From assembly GCF_000150275.1 (NCBI RefSeq), contig NW_002060955.1, positions 474,886-538,885 of the forward strand: DNA of 64,000 nucleotides, in the 5' to 3' direction. The position numbers and the translations under genes were made by a program. The notes under the pieces are model-generated. The model searched no databases and was not told the DNA's origin. It saw only the letters and a list, made by a program, of their open reading frames with translations. Positions 26,700 through 38,996 of the stretch are shown here, in pieces. Source of the DNA: Trichoplax adhaerens (lineage: Eukaryota; Animalia; Placozoa). Each line of letters opens with the position of its first letter. Position 1 is the stretch's first letter.

Positions 26700-29600
26700 G
26701 ATTTAAATCTACCAAATTTGTCATTGTAAGCATAGAAGGTATAGGATTTATGGCAGCAGTTGATGTAATACTGTTAGAATAAAAGATTTAGTATACTTAG
26801 TTTTTCCTCTTAATAAACTACAACGCTGTAGTTTGGCGCTTAGATCATGTCACAAACATAGTATATTTTAATTATCATAAACCATGGAGGTAAAAAGAAA
26901 AAAAGGACCACTATAGCAGAAACTTATAAGTAAATCGATGAAGAAGTATAAGAGAAACACACGAATAGTAGCCGATCAGCATTTTGTTTTTTTTATAAAG
27001 ATCTTTGTCTAATGTCATCAAGATTTTTAGCAAACGGCGAAGGACCAACCGAAAATGAAGTGGCTTAGCAATAACTCACCTTAGAAGAGTGGACACTCGA
27101 AAGCATCAATTATTTTTAATCCAGAATTCACTTTACTCTGCCTACTGTCTAGAATTTGGCATAATTTACCTTTTTATGGGGATCTCCGCCTAATGTCGCC
27201 AAAGTAAACCGCGAAAAATCAGCGAAAGAGAAGTAACCAGCAATGACTCGCCTAAGAATTTCGGAAATCTAGCCAACACTTGGATTAATGATTACCATTC
27301 TACTGAATCCTCTGCAAGGATGAAGTTATTTATTAAATTAAATTTCGATTATTGTTACGATTCAAATCAAATTCAATTAGTCAGACCAGATACACAAATC
27401 TATCACTATGCACTCGACCAGATGGGATTTAAGCCAGAGGAGGTGTGTATGTGTGTGTAATGCTTCTTCTTCTTCTAATAATTAATATAATAAGAGATCA
27501 AATAGCCCCTGATATCTACCTTTGTTCGTAGATTTTAGCAATACCAATCTAAGCAACATTAGTATCTCACTTCCCGTGTAAAAATTTTTCATCTATAGGC
27601 AATCTCAATTGAAGCCGTTGAGGCCTAGGCAGCAGCAGTCCAAAGTATAGGAATAACAGCAATATTGGCAGTTGATCAGCCAACAATCATACAAAAATTA
27701 GAGAATATCTTTCAAGTCAATGTAAATACTTGATAGTATTAAGTCGGTGTAGCTCATAACGGAAATTAAGCTATCCTACAAGATTAATTGCTGGTTGTAA
27801 TATGCGTATCAAAATATTACAGCTCAAAACAATACCTAGACCTCCTGCAGCTACTGAAAGTAATGTTATCCATGGCCAAGTTGTCACCAAGGTTTTGCTT
27901 AACTTACTTAAATAGTATAATTAACAAATATTTATGCCATGCGTATTCACTTTAGATCCAACTGCTAACAACTGGCTAAATATTTGTTAATGTCTTGTTA
28001 TTCTACTGAAATGAACCTTCTCCGTTATGGACGATTGTCAGAGCGGAATAAAAGTTAAATTTGTAGAAAAAGGGAATGGTCCTCCGATTATTTATGCCAT
28101 GGCTTTCCGCATTATTGGTATAGCTGGAGATATCAGGCAAGATAGAATTCATCATATGGCTGTTAATTTGCTATTATAACGGTGTAGTAATTTAGGATTC
28201 ATACTGTTTTAAGTTAATATTGCTATTTAATATCAAGAAATTTAAGCAGCACCAAATTGATATTGCTAATTATAAATATGGCTTAGCCTAAGAGTAACTC
28301 GCTATCACTATTTTGGTATATTTATTTACTTATTTAATAGAGAGTTTTAAAAGACATAATTTTTAATGGTATTGTTTAAATAATATTAAATTATATAATC
28401 AGCCGCCATCATTAACTGTTATGAGTTATTTTACTGTAGATTCCCTATCTTGCCGAGCTAGGCTATCGAGCTATTGCCCTTGATTTACGAGGATTTGGTC
28501 AATCTAGTTGTCCACCAGGTAGTGACCCACAAATGCTTGTGAATAGAACTCATTGATTGCCTTTAAAATACTTTCCAATGCAAGAAAGAAAATACCAAGC
28601 CTGAATAAACATTTCAGATTATACAAAACTGACATCATACATTTCTAGTTTATAATTATTTATGATCTGGTGAATTGTCGTTTGTAAATTAGATATTGAA
28701 GACTATAACGCGATAAAATTGTTTAGGCAAGTACATAGGAGTATATTAGTGGTATTTCTACGACTTAAGGCCATTCCAATCAGATAATTTATAAGATTGC
28801 TTCAAATATTAATCTATTCATACGCTGAATCTTCGAAAGCCGAAAGATATACTTAAAATGATTTACGAATGTACTATATTGAAGTCAACAAAGATTACCT
28901 TTTAATAATACAGTGCTAATATGGATATCTTAACGTAGACCTGGATTAATTTACTATCCCATCTATCCACAAACTTGGAAGTGGAATCTTAAATTTATTG
29001 GTAGACAGGTAAATTTTATATTTCCTGATACATGATATTTCTTTCAATTGGCTTACAAAATTCAGTAATTTTGATAGGTATTGGAAGTTTGAGTTCTTAC
29101 GTTATTTTTGGTAGTTTCAGCGATTAATCGTTACCATTTCATTTCGTATAACCTGTCGTTGATAAAATTTCGCCATTTACTAGCCTTACTAAGCATACTG
29201 TTGAAATGAAGCATGATGATAAGGGATGAATGTACTTGGCGTTCTATCTCTAGGTTTCTCAGCCGGCTTTAATAGTCGTCGCAGAATACGATAATATATT
29301 TCGACAGGGACTTGTTAAAAATATGGAGAAATATGTACCTAATTTAACCGCGTATAGCTTAGATTGCAGCCACTGCATTCAGTTTGAAAGGTACTTTAAA
29401 TATCGATTAAGATAAAGAGGTTATTTATAAGCTGAAATAAAAATATTTTAAACTTTAATAAATGTCCACTCAATATCAACTTCCATCCTACGATCTTCCT
29501 TTTTGCGAAAATATTCAATTCAATTTATAAATCGTAATATTTCGCTGGTACATTTGCCCTTTGATAATACAACTTACTATATAATAATTGTACTTTTAGA

Positions 29601-29732
29601 CCTGGGGGGCTCAGCGAAACACTAAGAAAATGGCTGGAGAAAGTCTGTCCTAGTTCTTCCATTTCCTTGGGGCAAGTTTTTTCTCAGTCCAATATTCAAG
29701 GCAGTTTATCTAGTCTATTCCGTCGTTTTTAG
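26700..29732 (+). pseudogene. Divergent third EPHX2-like copy, disabled
   Basis: Recognisable exons: about 27265-27442 (LANTWIND...VRPDTQIYHYALDQMGFKPEE); 27599-27721 (in-frame TAG at 27626); 27823-27891; 28042-28136 (1-nt deletion before HGFP); 28440-28518 (DLRGFGQS); about 28693-28727; 29254-29390 (AEYD...CSHCIQFE); 29600-29732. No GHDWG, DY or NWYRN exons found between about 29000 and 29254. The 5' boundary (possible exon-2 relic KFVIVSIEGIGF at about 26700) is uncertain. Confidence 0.88.
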
Positions 29733-32193
29733 CACAATTTTTGAACATAATAACTGAAACCTGATTCGATATCTAATGATACAAAAACACTTACAGTAAA
29801 TACTAAAAGATTTACCAAATATTTTTAAAGCCGGTTATTGCCTAATTAGTAGAAAGGTTTTAATTCAGAGAACTAAAATGATAATACACTAACTTGCACT
29901 CTACAGACTCTGAAATGTACATGATGCAAGTTTTGGCATGAATAAAAGATCATAACCTGCGAATTATTTACAATTTATAATACGTTAATAACTAACAGTT
30001 CATATTATTAATCAAGGTAGTCAATACGACATCAATCTAACGGCATTGATAAACATCCAGGCTGAGATCGATAGAAAGCCCGTATTGACATTATTCAATT
30101 TCACGAATAAATACAGCAGTTGCTGAATATGCGTGTGGTCTGTAAATCAGGAAGTAATTTAATAAGGAATCTAGCGTTAAATACTGTTAAACAGTTCACC
30201 ACCACAATAGAAATAAATGACATCAGTCCAAAGTTAGCATCTAATGCATCGCATAATCTCTGTATAAATATACTGGACTTTACATTTATAGTCAATCATG
30301 ATCATTTAATATTGACGAAAGCAAATGAATGAGAAATTGGATTTCTTCAGTATCTAGTCCTTAATAATACAATTCAAGATAAATAATTATAGAAGTAGGA
30401 GATATGAATATTAGTAATTTATTACCGTAGTTATCAGAATACTTGTATGCATAAAAATCTGTTATGAGACGAATAAGAAAATATGGCGTAAAAACAGAAA
30501 CACCTGAAATATGGATAGGATTAGGCAGTGAATATATAAATAGGTATCTGAAATCATTCTGCCATAGTGCCAAAAATAGTGCTTTCGATTAATTTACTTA
30601 GCCCATATATTAATATGTATCGACTTAGATATTATGCTTACGAGTGATTATTGATATTGATTTATAAAAAGATCAACTGTAAGAATTGTAGGGAAAGATT
30701 AAAGTCAGCAATTATCAAATGTGCATCCATCTTAACGATCTGTCGTGACTAATACCCTAAAACGACAAATGATGCAAATATTATATCAATTTAGGCCAGA
30801 TCCATTGTTATCCTCTTGACAAGATTGATCAGTGATAGGTGAAACTTTGAGAGACTCTTCATAGCGTCCGGTTTTATAAAGAGATTTTAATTCTTCAATT
30901 TTCATTCCAGTTTAAGAGTCCAATCGGTTTAAAGACAAATTCAATTTCATTTCGACGAAGTTTATAACAATCTTATGTCCGCTCTTATATAAATAGGAAT
31001 TCTAACTTGTTTTCTTGTACATACTAGGGTCTTAAATTTCGTTTTAGATGCATTAATAGGAAAAAATAGAACTAAAACTAAGATAAAAATACGGTAGTTT
31101 ATACCGACATCTAGCATATAATCTGATTATTTTAAATATACACAACGGACAGTAGCACTAGCGATACGTTGATACTAAAGACGGTGTCTACCTAATAGTG
31201 TCGAGTTAGAGATTTGCTCCATTTTGATAACTTAAATTTTGAGTTAGTGATTGTGAACTCAAATGGCTTAGAACCCACTCGCCACACTGGCACTGTCGAT
31301 ATCAAATCATGCTTAGAGTACAGTCTAAATTCAGGCTTAGAGTGTACTGTAGGTTGCTACAATATTTTCATGAGGCAACATCATTAAAGGAATCGGATTT
31401 TCACTGTAATTACTTAATAGGACATGTGCTAGGTTTATAAGCATATGCATCGAGTAAATCGAGGGGTTCTTCTTCTTGCTAGTTTATTGTAGAAACAGCT
31501 ACGGTTTATTTTTCCTTGTAATAAAATTGAACACGGTTATATAAATCTCGATAGTCTGATTTATGTTGGAGCCTTAGAATAAGCTTACTACACGATATTT
31601 AAGCCAAAGCAGTCGAACGAGAATTCAGAACGAATATACGTGTACTGTTTATATTCATAATGCTAATTTGCTGAATCTCTTGATATACGATGACTAAAAT
31701 TTATGCTATTTCGGAAGATTGGTAAATTGATTTATTATAGGGTCCGTAAAATAGATACAACCAGACTCCAAATAAGTATGCAAAAAGAGAAGGCAATAGT
31801 AAAATTAATACTAGTAAATTTTTGATTGCATTTAACAAATCAAGTCTAGTTTGTTTTCCTCTTTCATCTCGTAGAGGCTGTACAACTGCACACTACACTC
31901 GATAATTGATATACAAATTAGCTGAAAAATTACTTTATGACTGATGATAGTCTTAATACAGAATGTAAAAAGTATTAAATTTGCTTAAGTTTTTTACTTC
32001 ATTTATAAAGAAATAGAATTTAATCGATTTCAAGTAGTTGTTAAATAAAGCGCAATATCGACCACATGTACGAATACAGTTCCGTTCTTAATAGGATTAA
32101 TAGTTATAATTAATTTCTCAATCTATAACACCGTACTTACTATTCGAAAGACAAGCATTACACTGAAAAATATGCCGTTACGCAACAATATTT

Positions 32194-32450
32194 TCATGTT
32201 GTGGTAGGCTTGATAGCCAAAACAATATCGTTCCTATTTATTTGTCGTAAAGCTGCTTGAAGCTGATCAACATTTACATTTGGATAATTTTTTTCACACC
32301 ACTTGTTGAGAATTTTCATCGCTCGGTCAAAAACCTTACTTTCTTCATCTTTAATACTATCAACATCGATGGATTGATCCAAAGTTGCAGCCAATCTTGT
32401 CCAATCCGAACCAATTGTATTTGCAATTTGAAAAAAGTGCTCCTTTGGAT
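32194..32450 (-). CDS. Death domain exon (ankyrin/FADD-type DD pattern)
   Basis: Matches the DD pattern IA..IG.DW..LA..L...I..I..E...A..IL..W...L..AL..I.R.DIV. The exon begins at a splice acceptor, not an ATG (the ORF track start is a TTG). Confidence 0.85.
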
Positions 32451-35400
32451 CTATAACGTTACATTAATATCGCAGATAAATTGAAATACAAACAATGAAA
32501 CAAGATATACTCTTAAATGAAACTAATAACCGATATTAAATGATAGCTTGTAAATGCTCGACTTTGCCATATTGATCGAATGCGAAATATAAAATATAAC
32601 AAACTTGAGCTGTACAGTATATGTATCGTGTATGTAAAAGTAGCCGGAGTGCACAAGTAGAATCTAATGAATCGCGTACAGGTTGTTTGGTTAACTTGTA
32701 ACTAATATCGTAAGCATTAACAACATTGAACTATTCGTACTTTCTAAAGATGCATGCAATGATCATATTCTTTTAAGGGGAGTAGATGGATAGAGAGAAT
32801 AAAGAAGTATGTGTAAGTCATGCACGTATTTTCACTGATGCTTTACGAAATCCAATTATTATTATAATGCATAAACTGGATATCAATTTGTTTTCATCTA
32901 CAGCAAAAAACTAACATAACCACTACTCGATCTATATTCTGTACCCGGTTCAATAGCACCTACCGTAAATATTGCATGTTCGGTAGTCGTATTTAATTAA
33001 TAAAAACTGCATGCATAAGCAACAACTTATATTGCTACTGCATAATATAATTGCGATGCTAATTCGTTTATTTCGACATTATTATTTCAAATATAATCAA
33101 TTTTCGTTTGTTGATTCAAGCATTTTAGAAAGTAATCAAAACATAATGATGTAGCTGTTATATCTTTACTACGTTACTAACATATTAATTGATAGAAGTA
33201 ACATTGATTTAGATCTTTCGTTTTGCACGTTATATGTATTCGTATAACTACTTGTTTTCTGTTTAAGATCGTTCAATTCTAATGGCTGGAAAGCTGTCAA
33301 GTCTTATATTGGTAAGAATGATTGATGTTTCTTAATGAAAAGAAATAATAAGGTTTCCTTACAGATTAGGACTTCAATTTAAAAATGATCTATTATCTTG
33401 GTGGTTGGCAAAGTTTTCATCGTGTAAAGCTACTTCAAAGCTCATTCTATTGAATATTAAGTGTTGTCAAGCTGAAACCAAATAAAATTCTATATTTATA
33501 TATTATTATCTTTGTCACTGATGATGTACGATGACCAGAATTTGAAGTATTGATATCATCCATCTAATAATGATATTGAACAAATCTAGAATACAAAATG
33601 ATAAAAAAGGCATTTCCCTTGCTGATACTGTACATGCTATTCTTCCCTTGATTGACGAGTTTTAGAAGCATGAATTGTCATAGTTGCAGATGCAAGAATA
33701 CGATTTGATTCTGTGTGAATATTTATTATACGATTTTATTCTACTTCTGTATTCGTATTACTTGAATGAAATTTGTTTGTTATGCTGACTAAACGTTAAC
33801 CTTTTAATAATTCATTTCTCTTTATATGATTATCTGCTAATGACTGAATATTGACGATAATGCTCTATCAACTTATGGGTGTTCGATTTATAGTTGATAG
33901 AATAAGCTATTGCAACCTTATAGCTAATTAGTAATGGTTATGTCTAGTTATTGAAGAATAACTAAAGATTCGATTTTAAAACTATGAAGGATAGGACGAA
34001 TGGATAGCCTTTCGACTAGACGAACATGTTTAGACACACCTCTGTCTACTAATCGCGATTGACTATTTAATTTGCAATTTTAGAGTTATTAAGGTTTGGA
34101 TATAGGTGATATAAAGAGTCATAGACTTGTTACCTGGAACCGTTATGACGTATATAAAATTGCAAATTAGATTAATCAAAAGCATGATCAAGAATTGCCG
34201 TGAATACATCATATACAATTTAAGTTAAGTGAAGGAAAACATAGTTCTGTTGTCAACCAAAGCATTATACTCGTTTTGAGTAATGTATTTGCACACGTGA
34301 ACTGTTTATGTTGCATTCATTATAACCGGTGATAAAACAACATAAAAGTAGCGTTTTAATGAGTTTGAATTATTGGATCCCTTTATGGTTGAGACATTGG
34401 CTACATGTTTTAACTCTAGTATGAATAAATTGATTCAAGATGATGTCGTATTTGGACAAAGTTACTTCAAAACTTTTTATCTAAAGTAAAAACAGTAATT
34501 AAAATCGATCGCCGCTTAATTTTATCATCAACTTGCCCCTTCAATTTAGCAATATAGTATTGGCTTTACCGACTAATCTACTCGAACAGACTATACTTTT
34601 TCTTATGTTTGAATATCATTGTTTACACGGAATGATCGTTTATTGAATTCAGATACATTTGCGAACTTGAGCCAGTAAGTCAGTGTGCAATATTATCCAA
34701 TTAGTCAACTGATTCAATGCTGTATATAGACTTACCTTGGCGCTGTTGTCTGCTATTATCTTGTGCTTTTCCATATTGACTTGAGTGTTCGCTTTCTTCT
34801 TCTATTGATCAAAACAAGAGATGAGAATGTGTTGGACAGATGCAAGACTGCTACAGTAGTAATCAATTACACAAATCACCTAGTGATGATGGCGATTGGT
34901 CGTCGATGACTGTTTGATTGTCTGCATATTGAGCCAAAAGCTGTCGAATGATGTTGGCTATTTCCAATGGAGAAGGCTCCTTCTCGTTTTCTTGCAATTG
35001 ATTGGAACAGTAATTAATTTGTTTCTCATCCTCCACAATTTGAGGATGACTCTCTCCGTAGACATTGCGTAGACTGTTAATGGACTTTCGATATAATGCG
35101 ATTGCTTGACGATAATTCGACAGTTTACAATTGACTACAGCTTGGCTTCGATACAACTGGGCAGTATGAAGATGGTTCTCACCTAGCGTTACTAAAAAGA
35201 TTTGCAGTGACTTGTTTAACATTGATAGAGCATCGTCATACTTGCCTTGATCTCTATAGACACCACCAATACTGTGATAAGTCGAAGCAATACTTGGATG
35301 ATTGTCACCAAGTTGTGTTAGTTGAATCTTCAGTGACTTGTTATACATCGATAGAGCGTCGTCATACTTGCCTTGATGATTATAGACACCACCAATGCTG

Positions 35401-37481
35401 TGATAAGTCGCAGCAATACTTGGATGATTGTCACCAAGTTGTGTTAGGTCAATCTTCAGTGACTTGTTATACATCGATAGAGCGTCGTCATACTTGCCTT
35501 GATCTCTATAGACACCACCAATGTTGTGATAAGTCGTAGCAATACTTGGATGATTGTCACCAAGTTGTGTTAGTTTAATCTTCAGTGATTTGTTATACAT
35601 CGATAGAGCGTCGTCATACTTGCCTTGATCATTATAGACACCACCAATACTGTGATAAGTCGCAGCAATACTTGGATGATTGTCACCAAATTGTGTTAGT
35701 TGAATCTTCAGTGACTTGTTATACATCGATAGAGCGTCGTCATACTTGCCTTGATCATTATAGACACCACCAATGTTGTGATAAGTCGCAGCAATACTTG
35801 GATGATTGTCACCAAGTTGTGTTAGTTGAATCTTCAGTGACTTGTTATACATCGATAGAGCGTCGTCATACTTGCCTTGATCATTATAGACACCACCAAT
35901 GTTGTGATAAGTCGCAGCAATACTTGGATGATTGTCACCAAGTTGTGTTAGTTGAATCTTCAGTGACTTGTTATACATCGATAGAGCGTCGTCATACTTG
36001 CCTTGACGATTATAGACACCACCAATACTGTGATAAGTCGTAGCAATACTTGGATGATTGTCACCAAGTTGTGTTAGTTGAATCTTCAGTGACTTGTTAT
36101 ACATCGATAGAGCGTCGTCATACTTGCCTTGATCTCTATAGACACTACCAATGTTGTGATAAGTCGTAGCAATACTTGGATGATTGTCACCAAGTTGTGT
36201 TAGTTCAATCTTCAGTGACTTGTTATACATCGATAGAGCGTCGTCATACTTGCCTTGATCTCTATAGACACCACCAATGTTGTGATAAGTCGTAGCAATA
36301 CTTGGATGATTGTCACCAAGTTGTGTTAGTTGAATCTTCAGTGACTTGTTATACATCGATAGAGCGTCGTCATACTTGCCTTGATCTCTATAGACACCAC
36401 CAATGTTGTGATAAGTCGTAGCAATACTTGGATGATTGTCACCAAGTTGTGTTAGTTGAATCTTCAGTGACTTGTTATACATCGATAGAGCGTCGTCATA
36501 CTTGCCTTGATCATTATAGACTTGCCCAATATTTGTATAAGTTACAGCAATACTTGGATGATTGTCACCAAGTTGTGTTAGTTGAATCTTCAGTGACTTG
36601 TTATACATCGATAGAGCGTCGTCATACTTGCTTTGATCTCTATAGACACTACCAATGTTGTGATAAGTCGTAGCAATACTTGGATGATTGTCACCAAGTT
36701 GTGTTAGTTGAATCTTCAGTGACTTGTTATACATCGATAGAGCGTCGTCATACTTGCCTTGATCATTATAGACTTGCCCAATATTTGTATAAGTTACAGC
36801 AATACTTGGATGATTGTCACCAAGTTGTGTTAGTTGAATCTTCAGTGACTTGTTATACATCGATAGAGCGTCGTCATACTTGCCTTGATGATTATAGACT
36901 TGCCCAATATTGCTATAAGTTACAGCAATTTTTGGATGATTGTCACCAAGTTGTGTTAGTTGAATCTTCAGTGACTTGTTATACATCGATAGAGCGTCGT
37001 CATACTTGCCTTGCTTATCATAAATACTTCCAATGTTAAGATAAGACTCACTCATATTGATATCTTCATTTTCTGACCATTCTGATTTTATTCCAAGTGA
37101 TTTGTTAAAATCTTTTAAAGCTCCATTCAAATCACCTTGCAATTCTTTAATGCACCCTTGTCTATCAAAGCACTTTGCAAATCTCACTCTATCTTGTAGT
37201 TGTTCGGCTAATATCTTCGCATTTCTTCTCCATTTATCAGCTTCTATCAGTTTATATTGATTTAAATAACAATCGGCTATGTCCAGATAAATATCGTGTT
37301 CAAGTTGATGGTGATGATTATTATTACTATTCTTGGACATAGATTGGATTTGAGTAACAGCTTCTTTGTAATGTAATAGAGCTTGTTCATAATCGCCTTC
37401 TTCAAAGCATTTCATACCTTTTTTGTGGATAGATTCAGTTTCATCAAGGATAGTCAATTTTGTGGACTCATATGCCCCCAT
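32194..37481 (-). CDS. N-myristoylation motif + TPR array (42-aa kinesin-light-chain/NPHP3-type repeats) + C-terminal death domain, about 974 aa
   Basis: Exon 1 37481-34880 (the 872-aa ORF up to CTA G|gtgatt); exon 2 34801-34736 (caatag|...CAA G|gtaagt; EEESEHSSQYGKAQDNSRQQRQ); exon 3 32450-32194 (ttatag|; DPKEHFFQIANTIGSDWTRLAATL...AMKILNKW...LQAALRQINRNDIV). Both junctions are phase 1 and in frame. The TPR ORF is certain; the splice to the death domain is inferred and extra small exons cannot be excluded. Confidence 0.8.
35237..37010 (-). repeat. Coding tandem repeat, 14 x 126 bp
   Basis: The anchor catacttgcc lies at 35237 and 37001, 1764 bp apart (14 x 126). Units are nearly identical in DNA. 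Confidence 0.97.
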
Positions 37482-38521
37482 GTTTCAGTTTATAACAAGA
37501 CTGAAAGCATACACGGTAATTTGGGGGGAAATAAACACTAGTACTTTAATCGATAGAGGTTGCAACTTTAATAGAGATGCGATTGATTATCGTAATCGCT
37601 TTACAGTATATGATTGGGCCAAACTGATGCCTTCTATTTAATGTCCAGATTTCAAAATCTATGCTAGTTCACAATGTGCTCAAATCGGCCAAATTGGATA
37701 CGCCCTAAGAAGTTAACGGTCATCAATTCTAATTATTTGAAAATTATTCATTAGATATTAATGAAGCGGTAATAGATTAAAAGCGTGAAGACATTCTTTC
37801 CATACCTTACTTCTCTTTATTTATTTTTCAATATCAATAAGCTGCGTCATCGCTATTATTATAAATAGAAGCTTACTCATTAGCATAACTATAGTATTGA
37901 TTAAGTAAAATGCAGTGTTAAGTATAAAAGATGTTTGCTATCATATTAATAACTTCGTAAATTGGCTTAATGGCTTGATAGACTAATGTTAAACACTTTT
38001 GTTATACAGTTCATCAATTAGAGAAATTCTACTCAAAGAATATTGGGTAACTTCAATTATTTGCGATCATTGCCTTATAATTCTACTAAGTATAATCAAC
38101 ATCATTTTATTATAATCCTGCATATGTTAATTTATTTTTGCGTCGACAGTCGATTTGGCGGCATATTGCTCATGTTTACAGTTTTGTGCATAATACATGC
38201 TATAACTACAATATAATCATTCATCATTATTTATTAAAGAAGTTGTTCTACTTTACCATCCGAGATAGCTGTCTTCTATACAACTCGAAATCGAGGATGA
38301 AGGAGAGGGACGAATTATTATCAATCCGTAAAATGAGGGATAAGTGTTCTTAAGAGTTACTTAAAGAGATTTAGTGCCCTGATACGTGGCTCAGGGATAA
38401 GATTTGTACATTCAGCCTTCTCGTTAGTTTGTTATAGAGCTGATCTGTGTCACAATAATATGGAAAGACTAATATTGGGATAATATAGAGATAAGATAGG
38501 AAGATTACATACAAATGGATT

Positions 38522-38996
38522 TGTTATGAATGTAAAATGTAGAGATCAAGCTACAAAACTTTGAACAAACTTTGATTCTACTTTCGTGGCCTCTGGTCGA
38601 CTAAACGAAACTATGATACCAAATAAAAATTGGAGAAACAACCGAACAACAATTTATTAATAAAAGTGAGAGAGATCAAACAACCTTTCAGATACTAAAT
38701 CCTAAGTATTGTAAGTGAAGAAATAATGGAAAAACGACAGAACTAAAGCTGTCAACAACTGAACAACCTAACAAAAGAAGAACGATTTCATTTACAACAA
38801 TTCGACCCCGAAGGTCTTTAAAATTCAACAAGTTCTTCAAAACTATCTTCTTTTACTCTCTACTCTAAATTTTCTGATTGCACTATCATTTATAGCCACG
38901 ACTTCGCAGAGCCCTCGCTTTCGACGGAAACTGAATCCAAAATATCCGAATTTTAATAAAATCACCTATTTGCTTATCAAAAAATTTTATATCACA
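38522..38996 (-). mobile_element. Possible solo LTR
   Basis: TGTTAT...ATCACA; - strand TATAAA at about 38890 and AATAAA at about 38655; no TSD found. Confidence 0.35.

Noticed and set aside
33290-33570. Extra - strand exons between the linker exon and the death domain
   Set aside because: Candidate AG/GT-bounded segments hit stops in the required phase; they cannot be supported without transcripts.
35207-37260. Cys/His-rich repetitive + strand ORFs
   Set aside because: They are antisense shadows of the 126-bp TPR repeat and are broken by stops wherever the TPR codon varies.
34863-37481. Calling the TPR ORF kinesin light chain or NPHP3
   Set aside because: Only the repeat type is shared; there is no KLC heptad region or NPHP3 NTPase domain.
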